Assembly: GCA_037045455.1 (NCBI GenBank)
Contig: JBAOIN010000003.1
Coordinates: forward strand, 14,410 to 78,409
Direction of reading: 5' to 3'
DNA from: Candidatus Nanopelagicales bacterium
GTDB lineage: Bacteria; Actinomycetota; Actinomycetes; S36-B12; UBA10799
Length of the DNA: 64,000 nucleotides
Under the pieces are notes generated by a model. It worked only from the letters and a program-made list of their open reading frames with translations. It ran no database searches and was not told where the DNA came from. This document shows, piece after piece, positions 43,736 through 54,302 of the stretch. Position numbers and translations under genes: made by a program. Positions within the stretch are counted from its first letter, which is position 1, and each line of letters starts with the position of its first letter.

Positions 43736-44137
43736 TCAGCGCAGCTCGACCCGCACCGGCGTCGGCAGCTCGAGACTGCGCCCGACGGTGCACAGCCGGT
43801 CATGGGACTCCGCGGCGATCCGGGGCAGGACCGTGCGGGCGGCGTCCCCTTCCGGCCCCTGCGGGAAGCGCACCTCGAAACCCACCACCACGTCCAGCAG
43901 GCGGTTGCCCTGCTCCGTGCGCTCCTTGCGGGCGCTGACCTCGACCGCGAACTGCTCGGGTTGCGCCCGGCGGCTGGTCACGTGATCGACGTCGATGGCG
44001 GTACAGGCCGCCAGCGCCGCGAGCAGCAGCTCGACAGCGGAGAATTCGACCTCGCCACCGATTCGGACCTGCCCCCCGGCTTCGTTGGTGGCCACATACT
44101 CGCCGAGAGCACTTCGTTGCAGGCGGATCGTCGTCAT
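43736..44137 (-). CDS. OsmC family peroxiredoxin-like protein
   Basis: 133 aa: ...ELLLAALAACTAIDV...RLCTVGRSL, the two conserved OsmC cysteines. ATG at 44137. Confidence 0.8.
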   Translation of the reverse strand: MTTIRLQRSALGEYVATNEAGGQVRIGGEVEFSAVELLLAALAACTAIDVDHVTSRRAQPEQFAVEVSARKERTEQGNRLLDVVVGFEVRFPQGPEGDAARTVLPRIAAESHDRLCTVGRSLELPTPVRVELR

Positions 44138-44200
44138 GGCGCCGAATGTAGGCGTTTTAGCGGGTCGGGCGCATACTGGAAGTGGGTGGGGAGGTTTCTC

Positions 44201-45061
44201 ATGCAGGGGGTCTACCAGGCGATTCTGGATCGCATGGAGGAGGGGGTCTGCGTCGTCGATGCCGGCGGCCGGATCACGCTGTGGAACGCCGCTGCCGAGC
44301 AGATCACCGGATATCGCGGATCGGACGTGCTCGGTCGCGCTGCCATGGAGGTGCTGCCGGATGGCGCCTCGGACGACACCGCCGCTGCCGACCGTCAGGT
44401 GTACCTGCACCACAAGCACGGCCACCAGTTGCCGGTGATCCTGCGCCGGACCGCTCTGCTCGACGAGCGGGGGGCGGACACCGGCTGTTTGATCTTCCTC
44501 TCGGCCGTCCCCGGCGCCCGCCCGGCGCACGGTGGGCTGCAACTGGCCGAGGGCGACCGCGATCCTTTGACCGAACTGGCCAACCGGCGCTGCGTCCAGC
44601 GGCACATCGAGCCGCTGGTGGCTGCCGAGTCGAACCCGCTGGGTGTGCTGTTCATCGATGTCGACGGGTTCAAGGCGGTGAACGACCGGCTGGGCCACTC
44701 GATGGGCGACCGGGTGCTGCGCATGGTGGCACGGACCGTGGCCAACGGCTTGCGGCAGTCCGACTGGGCGGTGCGCTGGGGCGGTGAGGAGTTCGTGGCC
44801 GTCGTCCACGCTGCCCGCGCCGAGGAGCTCGCCGAAGTGGCGGAGCGGCTGCGCACGTTGATCTCCAGTTCCTGGGTGGAGGCTGCCGGCACGCGGATCT
44901 CGGTCACCGTGTCCATCGGCGCCACGATGGTGGAACCGGGGCAGAGCCTGGAATCCGCGATCGATCGGGCGGATCATCTGATGTATGAGAGCAAGCGGGC
45001 GGGTCGCAACCGCGTCACCAGCGCTCGGCCCGGCATCGTGGTGGACCTGACCACCAGCTGA
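44201..45061 (+). CDS. PAS domain-containing diguanylate cyclase (GGDEF)
   Basis: Has an N-terminal PAS ([31 protein letters not shown]) and a GGDEF domain with RWGGEEF and [13 protein letters not shown] 44201 lies inside ORF 43718-45061. Confidence 0.9.
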   Translation: MQGVYQAILDRMEEGVCVVDAGGRITLWNAAAEQITGYRGSDVLGRAAMEVLPDGASDDTAAADRQVYLHHKHGHQLPVILRRTALLDERGADTGCLIFLSAVPGARPAHGGLQLAEGDRDPLTELANRRCVQRHIEPLVAAESNPLGVLFIDVDGFKAVNDRLGHSMGDRVLRMVARTVANGLRQSDWAVRWGGEEFVAVVHAARAEELAEVAERLRTLISSSWVEAAGTRISVTVSIGATMVEPGQSLESAIDRADHLMYESKRAGRNRVTSARPGIVVDLTTS

Positions 45062-45074
45062 CAAGGAGGCCCGG

Positions 45075-45971
45075 ATGGACGTCGTCATCGACGTGCAAGG
45101 GGTTGTGAAGAAGTTCGGCAGCACACTGGCCCTGGACGGCCTGGACCTGCAGGTGGAACGCGGGGAGGTGCATGCCTTCCTGGGTCCGAACGGCGCCGGC
45201 AAGACCACCACGCTGCGCATCCTGCTTGGGCTACTGCGGCGCGACGGCGGCAGCATCGAAGTGCTCGGCAAGGACCCTTGGACGGATGCGGTCGCGCTGC
45301 ACTCCCAGTTGGCCTACGTGCCCGGAGAGGTGAATCTGTGGCCACAACTGACCGGCGGTGAGGTGATCGACCTGCTCGGTCGCCTGCACGGTGGCCTGGA
45401 CCCCCAGCGCCGGGCGCGCTACCTGGAACTGTTCGAGCTCGACCCGACCAAGAAGTCCCGCTCCTACTCCAAGGGCAACCGGCAGAAGGTGGCGCTGATC
45501 GCTGCATTGGCCGCCGACGTCCCTCTGTTGCTGCTCGACGAGCCGACGTCGGGTCTCGATCCGCTCATGGACGCCCGGTTCCGCGATTGCGTGCATGCGT
45601 TCCGGGAAGGTGGCGGCACGGTGCTGCTGTCCTCGCACATCCTCAGCGAGGCCGAAGCCCTGTCCGACCGGGTGACGATCATCCGCAACGGCAAAGCGAT
45701 GGAAAGCGGCAGCCTGCAACAACTGCGGCACCTGTCCCGCACCCGCATCGATGCCCGGGTGGCGGAAGTGCCTTCGGGCCTGCACGACATCCCCGGCGTT
45801 CATGACCTCGATGTCGAGGGGCAGCGGGTGACGTGCGAGGTCGGCGACGACGGAATCGGTCTACTCATGTCCGCGTTGTCCGAAGGCGGGCTGCAGGCGC
45901 TGACGAGTCAGCAGCCCACGCTCGAGGAGGTGTTCCTCAAGCACTACCAGGACGGCGCCGGCGATGAGTGA
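45075..45971 (+). CDS. ABC transporter ATP-binding protein (ABC-2/DrrA type)
   Basis: Has Walker [10 protein letters not shown], the signature YSKGNRQKV and Walker [13 protein letters not shown]. Confidence 0.9.
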   Translation: MDVVIDVQGVVKKFGSTLALDGLDLQVERGEVHAFLGPNGAGKTTTLRILLGLLRRDGGSIEVLGKDPWTDAVALHSQLAYVPGEVNLWPQLTGGEVIDLLGRLHGGLDPQRRARYLELFELDPTKKSRSYSKGNRQKVALIAALAADVPLLLLDEPTSGLDPLMDARFRDCVHAFREGGGTVLLSSHILSEAEALSDRVTIIRNGKAMESGSLQQLRHLSRTRIDARVAEVPSGLHDIPGVHDLDVEGQRVTCEVGDDGIGLLMSALSEGGLQALTSQQPTLEEVFLKHYQDGAGDE

Positions 45972-47547
45972 CTTCACCGGCACCGGCACGCTGGTCCGCC
46001 TGGCGCTACGCCGCGACCGCATCCTGCTGCCAGCCTGGATTCTGGTGTTCGCGGGCATGGCCTACAGTTCAGCGGCCGCGACAGTTGGGCTGTACCCGGA
46101 CGAGGCCGCCCGCCGCACCGCTGCGGAGGCGGTGAACTCCTCGACCGCCTTGGTCGCGTTGTACGGACCGGTGTACGACCCCGAGAGCCTCGGCGAGATC
46201 TCACTGTTCAAGATGACAGCCTTCGGCGCGGCGCTGGCTGCCGTTTTGATGATCTTCCTCGTGGTCCGGCACACCCGTGGTGACGAGGAATCCGGACGCT
46301 TGGAACTCATGGCCTCGGGTCGGCTCGGCCGCAACGCCCCGCTGACGGCGGCGCTGATCGTTGTAACTGGCGCCAGTCTGGTGATGGCTCTGCTCAGTGC
46401 TGGTGCGCTAAGTTCCACGGGCTTGAGTGGCCAGGGTTCGCTGGCGTTCGGTCTCGGCTGGGGCCTTACCGGTCTGGCCTTCGGAGCAGTTGCCGCAATC
46501 TGTGTGCAGATCACTACCGGCGCCCGGGCGGCGCGCGGAATTGCGCTGATCGCACTGGCCGTCGCGTATGCGATCCGGGCGATCGCCGATGTCACTGAAG
46601 GCACGTGGCTGTCGTGGTTGTCGCCCATCGGCTGGATGCAGCAGGTGCGCGCCTACGCCGGGGATCGCTGGTGGGTTCTGCTACTCCCGCTGGCACTGAC
46701 CGTGGTGTGCGTGCCGATCGCGTTCGCCCTGCGCAGCCGACGGGACCTGGGGGCCGGGTTCATCACCGACCGTCCGGGTCCGGCTCACGGCCGCCTCGGC
46801 ACGGTGTGGGGTCTGGCCTGGCGCTTGCAGCGGTCGGTGCTGCTGGTCTGGGCGGCGGTCTTCGCGCTGTTCGGCTTGCTGATGGGGTCGTTGATCGAAT
46901 CGAGCACCGGGTTCCTGAACAGTGAGCAGGCGATCGAATTCCTGGAGAAACTCGGTGGGGCCAAGACGCTGACCGACGCGTTTCTGGGCACGGAGCTGAG
47001 TTTCATGGGGATCATCGTGACCGGCTTCGGGATCAGTGCGGCCGCCCGGTTGCGCTCCGAGGAGACCGATGGGCACGCCGAGGTGCTGCTGGCCCAGCCC
47101 GTTGACCGGTTGCGCTGGGCGTTGAGCCACATCCTGATCGCGGCCGGCGGAGTCGCGGCCATCCTGCTCGCAGGTGGCCTGGGCCTGGCGATCGGGGCCG
47201 CCCTGACGACCGACAACGCTCCGGGTTTCTGGTCGCTGGTAGGTGCCGCACTTGCGCGAGTGCCGGCTGCGTGGGTGCTCACGGCGGTGGTGGTGCTGCT
47301 GTTCGGATGGCTGCCGCGCTGGGTTCCCCTGGCCTGGGGGGTGTTCGTCGCCGCGCTGGTGCTCGGCGAGTTCGCGCCGCTGTGGGACGCTCCGCAATGG
47401 GTGATGGACGTCTCGCCATTCGTGCACTCGCCGCGGTTGCCCGCTGCCAGCGCCTCGATGGGCGGGCTGATTCCGCTGGCGGCCATCGCGGTGGTCCTGC
47501 TGGTGGTGGGTCTGGTGGGCTGGCGGCGGCGCGATCTGCAGCCGTGA
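45964..47547 (+). CDS. ABC-2 type exporter permease (12-TM, fused)
   Basis: 527 aa and highly hydrophobic. It overlaps the ATPase gene by 8 nt. Confidence 0.75.
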   Translation: MSDFTGTGTLVRLALRRDRILLPAWILVFAGMAYSSAAATVGLYPDEAARRTAAEAVNSSTALVALYGPVYDPESLGEISLFKMTAFGAALAAVLMIFLVVRHTRGDEESGRLELMASGRLGRNAPLTAALIVVTGASLVMALLSAGALSSTGLSGQGSLAFGLGWGLTGLAFGAVAAICVQITTGARAARGIALIALAVAYAIRAIADVTEGTWLSWLSPIGWMQQVRAYAGDRWWVLLLPLALTVVCVPIAFALRSRRDLGAGFITDRPGPAHGRLGTVWGLAWRLQRSVLLVWAAVFALFGLLMGSLIESSTGFLNSEQAIEFLEKLGGAKTLTDAFLGTELSFMGIIVTGFGISAAARLRSEETDGHAEVLLAQPVDRLRWALSHILIAAGGVAAILLAGGLGLAIGAALTTDNAPGFWSLVGAALARVPAAWVLTAVVVLLFGWLPRWVPLAWGVFVAALVLGEFAPLWDAPQWVMDVSPFVHSPRLPAASASMGGLIPLAAIAVVLLVVGLVGWRRRDLQP

Positions 47548-47562
47548 TTAGGCTCGGGAAGC

Positions 47563-49052
<1,490 letters not shown>

Positions 49053-49126
49053 CGGGGTCCGGCATGTTGATCATCCCGCGAGAGGGGCGTGTCAGGTGCG
49101 ACCGTGAGCGGGTATCGGCTATTCGG

Positions 49127-49215
49127 TGTCCGGAATTGCAACGCGTTCGGCGAAGAAGGGCGCTTTCGGGGCCGAATCCGGCGGTTTTGCCCCTAACGTT
49201 TTGCGAATCCGGACA
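49127..49215. repeat. Family C terminal-inverted-repeat element, copy 2
   Basis: tgtccggaattgcaacgcgtt (49127) pairs with aacgttttgcgaatccggaca (to 49215). The core contains ggccgaatccggc. A degenerate fragment, tgtccggtcttgcagcatttgcggg, follows at 49317. Confidence 0.8.
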
Positions 49216-49461
49216 CGCACCCGCAGTCAGGTACCCCATCAGCAGAAGGTACGCAGACTCGACCTGCTGCACCGCCGACTGCATCAGAAGAATTATCGAA
49301 AGTGGTGAAAGCAGTCTGTCCGGTCTTGCAGCATTTGCGGGTCTAGTGCCTGTCGCCGACTATCAGCGATGGCCGCAAGGGCTCCGGCGCAACCACGCCG
49401 CGGCCGGTCGCCCATCTACCCCGGGGTTGCCGGGCCACCGCTCATGGGAAAGGCTGAGGGC

Positions 49462-49821
49462 ATGAGCATCGTGGACGTGCGCGACCGGATCGGGTCGCTG
49501 GAGAACGTGCTGGACAAGGTCGACGGGGTCGTGCTGGACACCGACAAGATCCTGGAGAAGGCCGACGCCGCGCTTGAGGTCGCGGAGAAGGGCGTCGAGG
49601 TCGGCAAGCGCAACCTGCCCAAGATCGCCGTGGGGCTGGCGGTCGTCGCCGTCGGTGCGGCTGTTTTTGTGGCTGTTCGGCGGCGCCGCAAGGCAGCAGA
49701 GCAGTGGCAGGTGCTCGAGCAGCCCGAAGACACCCAGCAGTCGATGCGTGACGTCGCCGAGAGCCGCCAGGACGCCAGCGATCTGGCCGACGCGGCCGAC
49801 ATCATCGACGGGCAGCAATGA
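49462..49821 (+). CDS. Hypothetical single-pass membrane protein
   Basis: MSIVDVRDRIGSLENVLDK... coiled segment, then a TM (IAVGLAVVAVGAAVFVAV) and an acidic tail. ATG 49462 has the RBS ggaaagg. ATGA coupling to the next gene. Confidence 0.55.
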   Translation: MSIVDVRDRIGSLENVLDKVDGVVLDTDKILEKADAALEVAEKGVEVGKRNLPKIAVGLAVVAVGAAVFVAVRRRRKAAEQWQVLEQPEDTQQSMRDVAESRQDASDLADAADIIDGQQ

Positions 49822-50543
49822 GGGTCGTCCTGCTGCACGCGTTCCCCGTCGACCATCGGCTGTGGGACGCGCAGGTGACATTCCTGACTGCCGCCGGGTA
49901 CGACGTGACCGCCCCGGACCTGGGCGGTTTCGGCGCTTCGGATCTTCCCGAGGCACCGGCCTTGTGGGAGATGGCCGCGCCGATCGTGCCTGCTGAGCCT
50001 GCAGTCTTCGCGGGCCTGTCCATGGGTGGCTACTTGCTGATGGAGATCCTGCGCAAGGCGCCGGAGAAGGTGGCGGGGGCGATCTTCGTGGACACCAAGG
50101 CCACCGCGGATTCCGAGCAGGCGCGCAAGGGACGCTTCGAGGTCGCGCACGTGATGGAACGCGACCCGGACCTCGAGGGGTTGGCGCAGAACCTGCTGCC
50201 CAACCTGCTCGGAGCGACCACCCGCGAGCAGCGTCCGGATGTGGTGGACACCGTCCGGTCGTGGATCACGCAGGCACCGCCAGCAGCGGTCGCCAATGCC
50301 GCGCGCAGCATGGCCGACCGGCCGGATTCCCTTCAGACATTGCGCAGCTACGAACGCCCGGCCGCCGTGGTCTGGGGTTCGGAGGACACCCTGTCGCCTG
50401 AGGCCGAGCAAGAGTTGATGCTGCAGGCCATGCCGCAGGCGGTGGGCCGGGAGATTGCGGGGGCAGGTCATCTGAGTGCCGTGGAAGATCCAGCCGCCCT
50501 CAACGACATCCTGCTGGAGGTTCTGCGCGACTGGTTGGGCTGA
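49818..50543 (+). CDS. Alpha/beta hydrolase
   Basis: 241 aa with the nucleophile elbow GLSMGG and a C-terminal ...GAGHLSAVEDP histidine block. Confidence 0.8.
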   Translation: MRVVLLHAFPVDHRLWDAQVTFLTAAGYDVTAPDLGGFGASDLPEAPALWEMAAPIVPAEPAVFAGLSMGGYLLMEILRKAPEKVAGAIFVDTKATADSEQARKGRFEVAHVMERDPDLEGLAQNLLPNLLGATTREQRPDVVDTVRSWITQAPPAAVANAARSMADRPDSLQTLRSYERPAAVVWGSEDTLSPEAEQELMLQAMPQAVGREIAGAGHLSAVEDPAALNDILLEVLRDWLG

Positions 50544-50602
50544 GGCTAGTCCAACAACAATGCGGCAGAACGGCATTCGACCCCTCAAAGTAGGCTGACT
50601 GC

Positions 50603-52333
50603 GTGCAGGTCGTGACGGATGCCGTGACGATCCGCAAGGGGGACCGCGAGATTCTCGCGGGCGTTTCGCTCGGGGTCGGTGATGGTGACCGGGTGGGCGT
50701 CGTGGGTCGCAACGGTGCCGGCAAATCCACGCTGCTGCGCGCCCTGGCCGGGACCGAGACGCCGGATTCTGGCCGGGTGGTCGCCACCACGGGCACCACG
50801 ATCCGGCTCGTCAGTCAGCACGACCGGCTGCCTTCCGGCACCGTTTTGCAGGCCTTGTTCGGCGATTCGCAGACTCACGAATGGGCAACCGATCCGCGTA
50901 TCCGCAGCATCGTCAACGGGTTGCTCGACCCGCAATGGCTCGACCGTGAGACCTCGGCGCTGTCCGGAGGTCAGGCGCGCCGCGTGGCGCTGGCTTCGGC
51001 TCTGGCCGCCACGCCCGATCTGCTCCTGCTCGACGAGCCGACGAACCACTTGGACATCGAGGCGGTGCAGTGGCTCGCCGAGCACCTGCGCGCCTGGCCC
51101 AGGGGCCGCCGCGCGCTGGTGGTCGTCACCCATGACCGGTGGTTCCTGGATGAGGTGACCGAGCGCACCTGGGAAGTGGTCCGCGGCGACGTCGAGCAGT
51201 ACGACGGGGGCTACGCGGCCTACGTGCTGGCCAAGGCCGAACGCGACGCCGCCAAGCAGGCTGCTGAGGCCCGTCGGCAGAACCTGCTGCGCAAGGAGTT
51301 GGCGTGGTTGCGGCGAGGTCCGCCCGCCCGGACCTCCAAACCCCGGTTCCGGCAGGAGGCAGCGTTGGCGCTGATCGCCGACGAGCCGCCGGCACGAGAC
51401 CGGCTCCAGCTGCAGCAAGTGAGCATGAACCGACTGGGCAAGCAGGTCATCGACCTCGACGAAGTCACCCTGCGCCCGGCGCCGGGAGCGCCGATCGTGC
51501 TGCAGGACCAGACGTGGGGGCTAGGGCCGGGAGATCGGATCGGGCTGCTGGGGCCGAACGGGGTCGGCAAGACGACGTTGCTGCGGTTGGTGCTCGGGAC
51601 GCTGGCACCCGATGCGGGCCGGGTGCGGCGAGGGAAGACCGTTCTGCCCGCCCTCGTGGATCAGCGGTTGCCGGTCGTGGATCCCGAGGTCCGCGTGCTG
51701 CCCTGGCTGGAACAGGCGGGACAGCGGGTCGTCGTGGCTTCGGGGGACGAGCGCACGCCGGGGCAGTTGCTGGAGGAGTTCGGCTTCACCGGTGATGCCC
51801 CGTGGAAGCGGCTGGGTGAGGTGTCCGGCGGGGAGTTGCGCCGCTTGCACCTGATGCGCACGTTCCTGTCCGGGGCGAACCTGTTGATGCTCGATGAACC
51901 GACCAACGACCTGGACACCGAGACGCTCACGGTTCTGGAGGACACCCTGGACGGCTGGCCCGGCACGTTGGTGGTGGTGTCGCACGATCGCTACTTCCTC
52001 GAGCGGGTGTGTGACGACTTCTGGACGGTTCGCGACCGGCGGCTTGCGCACCTGCCCGGTGGGATCGAGGAGTACCTGCGCCACGAGCCGGCTGTCGCGG
52101 TCGCGGCGACGCAGCGAACTGGCGGCGACACCCGGGCCGTTCGCAAGGAACTGGCCAGGGTTGAGCGGGAGTTGAGCAAGGCAACGGCGCGGGTCGCGGC
52201 CATCCACCAGCAGATGGCCGAGGCCGCCACTGACCCCGCCGCGCTGGTCGGTCTGGGTCAGGACCTGGCGTCGGCCGAGGCCTCAGTCGCTGACCTCGAG
52301 GAGCGCTGGCTGGAGCTGGCCGACCAAGTCTGA
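50603..52333 (+). CDS. ABC-F family ATPase (two ABC domains, no TM)
   Basis: Has Walker A GRNGAGKST and GPNGVGKTT, signatures LSGGQARRV and VSGGELRRL, an inter-domain linker and a C-terminal coiled coil. Confidence 0.9.
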   Translation: MQVVTDAVTIRKGDREILAGVSLGVGDGDRVGVVGRNGAGKSTLLRALAGTETPDSGRVVATTGTTIRLVSQHDRLPSGTVLQALFGDSQTHEWATDPRIRSIVNGLLDPQWLDRETSALSGGQARRVALASALAATPDLLLLDEPTNHLDIEAVQWLAEHLRAWPRGRRALVVVTHDRWFLDEVTERTWEVVRGDVEQYDGGYAAYVLAKAERDAAKQAAEARRQNLLRKELAWLRRGPPARTSKPRFRQEAALALIADEPPARDRLQLQQVSMNRLGKQVIDLDEVTLRPAPGAPIVLQDQTWGLGPGDRIGLLGPNGVGKTTLLRLVLGTLAPDAGRVRRGKTVLPALVDQRLPVVDPEVRVLPWLEQAGQRVVVASGDERTPGQLLEEFGFTGDAPWKRLGEVSGGELRRLHLMRTFLSGANLLMLDEPTNDLDTETLTVLEDTLDGWPGTLVVVSHDRYFLERVCDDFWTVRDRRLAHLPGGIEEYLRHEPAVAVAATQRTGGDTRAVRKELARVERELSKATARVAAIHQQMAEAATDPAALVGLGQDLASAEASVADLEERWLELADQV

Positions 52334-52336
52334 CCG

Positions 52337-52440
52337 CTGTCGCGAAGTTGCCCGCACTGTCGCGTTGTCGTCACGACACGCCGAGATTACGGACGACATC
52401 GCGACAAAACGATTACGGACGACATCGCGACAAAACAGCG
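52337..52440 (-). repeat. Family A repeat, copy 5 (reverse orientation, with an internal perfect 26-bp tandem duplication)
   Basis: The reverse complement reads TTTTGTCGCGATGTCGTCCGTAATC (x2)-GGCGTGTCGTGACGACAACGCGACAG-6nt-CAACTTCGCGACAG. The duplicated unit gattacggacgacatcgcgacaaaac sits at 52385-52410 and 52411-52436. Confidence 0.85.
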
Positions 52441-52444
52441 ATGG

Positions 52445-52837
52445 CTAGCGGGCGACAACCTTGTCCGGTATGACCCGCACCACGACCCGCACGTTGTCGG
52501 TGCCGTCGTCGGCGGGATAGCGCTCCCAGCCCTGGTAGGTCCCAGCGAACTTGTCGATGAGTTCCCGGCCACCCTCGCGGGTCATCTCAACGTGCCCCCG
52601 GACCTCCACGTAGGAGTACGGGTTGTCCGTGTCGTACACCAGCACGGTCGCGCGTGGATCCCGCACGAGGTTCTGGTGCTTGCGCCGGCCCTCGACCGTG
52701 GAGATCAGGATGTCGTCGCCGTCGCGCTCGTACCAGACCACGCTGCTCTGTGGCTGGCCGCTCGGCTCGATCGTGGTGACCACGGCGAACTGCTTGGGCT
52801 TGTCCAGCAGGGACTTGGCTGTGTCGTTGAGCATCAC
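52445..52837 (-). CDS. PPOX-class (pyridoxamine 5'-phosphate oxidase-like) probable F420-dependent enzyme
   Basis: 130 aa: ...FAVVTTIEPSGQPQSSVVWYE.DGD.ILIST...RKHQNLVRDPRATV... split-barrel pattern. The GTG start overlaps the ccr stop (GTGA). Confidence 0.8.
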   Translation of the reverse strand: MMLNDTAKSLLDKPKQFAVVTTIEPSGQPQSSVVWYERDGDDILISTVEGRRKHQNLVRDPRATVLVYDTDNPYSYVEVRGHVEMTREGGRELIDKFAGTYQGWERYPADDGTDNVRVVVRVIPDKVVAR

Positions 52838-54168
52838 GTGTTCCGGAAGCGGTTGATCTGAGTCTCAAACTTCGCACGCTTCTCGGGGTTGCGCACGCCC
52901 AGTCCCTCCTCGGGAGCCAGGCAGAGCACGCCGACCTTGCCCTGATGTGCATTGCGGTGCACCTCGTAGGCCGCCTGCCCGGTCTGGTCCAGCGGGAAGC
53001 TTTTGCTCAACGTCGGGTGGATCATGCCCTTGTCGATCAGCCGGTTGGCCTCGTAGGACTCCTTGTAGTTGGCGAAGTGCGAACCGATGATCCGCTTCAG
53101 GTTCATCCAGAGGTAACGGTTGTCGTACTCGTGCATGAAACCGGAGGTCGAGGCACAGGTGACGATCGTGCCCCCCTTCTTGGTCACGTAGACACTCGCG
53201 CCAAACGTCTCGCGGCCGGGGTGTTCGTAGACGATGTCCACGTCCTCGCCGCCGGTGAGTTCCCGGATCTTCTTGCCGAGGCGCTGCCACTCCTTGGGGT
53301 TCTGGGTGGTCTCGTCCTTCCAGAACTGGTAGCCCTCGGCGTTGCGGTCGATGATGTACTCCGCGCCCATCGCCCGGCAGATGTCGGCCTTCTCGGGGCT
53401 GGACACCACGCACACCGGGATCGCCCCGCCGTTGAGCGCGTACTGCGTCGCGTAGGAACCCAGGCCGCCGGAAGCCCCCCAGATCAGCACCACGTCGCCC
53501 TGCTTCATGCCCGCGCCGTTGCGCGAGACCAGTTGCCGGTAGGCCGTGGAGTTCACCAGGCCGGGGGCGGCCGCTTCTTCCCATGTGAGGTGGCCCGGCT
53601 TGGGCATCAATTGGTTGGACTTCACGAGTGCGATCTCGGCCAGCCCGCCGAAGTTGGTCTCGAAGCCCCAGATCCGCTGCTCGGGGTCGAGCATGGTGTC
53701 GTTGTGGCCCATCGGGCTCTCCAACTCCACGCTCAAGCAGTGCGCGACGACCTCGTCACCGGGGTTCCAGGCGTTGACGCCCGGGCCGGTGCGCAGCACG
53801 ACGCCGGCCAGGTCGGACCCGATGATGTGGTACGGCAGGTCGTGGCGCTTGGCCAGCGGGTGGCTGCGACCGTAGCGCTCGAGGAAGCCGAACGTGGGCA
53901 GCGGTTCGAAGATCGAGGTCCACACGGTGTTGTAGTTGATCGAGGAGGCCATGACCGCCACCAGCGCCTCGCCCGGGCCGAGCTCGGGGACCGGTACGTC
54001 ATCGAGGTGCAGCGACTTGCGAGGGTCCTTCTCGCGGGTCGGCAGGCCTTCGAACATGTCGACATCGTCCTTGTGCACCGTGATCGCCCGGTACGTCTCG
54101 GGGAGGTCCATCGCCGCGAATTCCGCCGCGGGAGCCTCGTTGAGGATGGCGTCAAGGATGTCTTTCAT
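52834..54168 (-). CDS. ccr: Crotonyl-CoA carboxylase/reductase
   Basis: Near full-length resemblance to Streptomyces Ccr as recalled: MKDILDAIL..., HLDDVPVPELGPGEALVAVMASS.NYN.VW, RIWGFETNFGGLAE, IWGASGGLGSYATQ and HQGKVGVLCLAPEEGLGV. ATG 54168 lies inside ORF 52834-54198. Confidence 0.9.
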   Translation of the reverse strand: MKDILDAILNEAPAAEFAAMDLPETYRAITVHKDDVDMFEGLPTREKDPRKSLHLDDVPVPELGPGEALVAVMASSINYNTVWTSIFEPLPTFGFLERYGRSHPLAKRHDLPYHIIGSDLAGVVLRTGPGVNAWNPGDEVVAHCLSVELESPMGHNDTMLDPEQRIWGFETNFGGLAEIALVKSNQLMPKPGHLTWEEAAAPGLVNSTAYRQLVSRNGAGMKQGDVVLIWGASGGLGSYATQYALNGGAIPVCVVSSPEKADICRAMGAEYIIDRNAEGYQFWKDETTQNPKEWQRLGKKIRELTGGEDVDIVYEHPGRETFGASVYVTKKGGTIVTCASTSGFMHEYDNRYLWMNLKRIIGSHFANYKESYEANRLIDKGMIHPTLSKSFPLDQTGQAAYEVHRNAHQGKVGVLCLAPEEGLGVRNPEKRAKFETQINRFRNT

Positions 54169-54302
54169 AACCCCTCCAGTTCCGGAACCTACTTGCACGC
54201 TAGCCGGTTGCCGACGGGGCTCGGTCGGGAGGGTGAGCCACTACGACATGCGACCGGCCATGCGCGGACAGTAACTTTGCCGTGTCGAAACATGGAGGAT
54301 TC

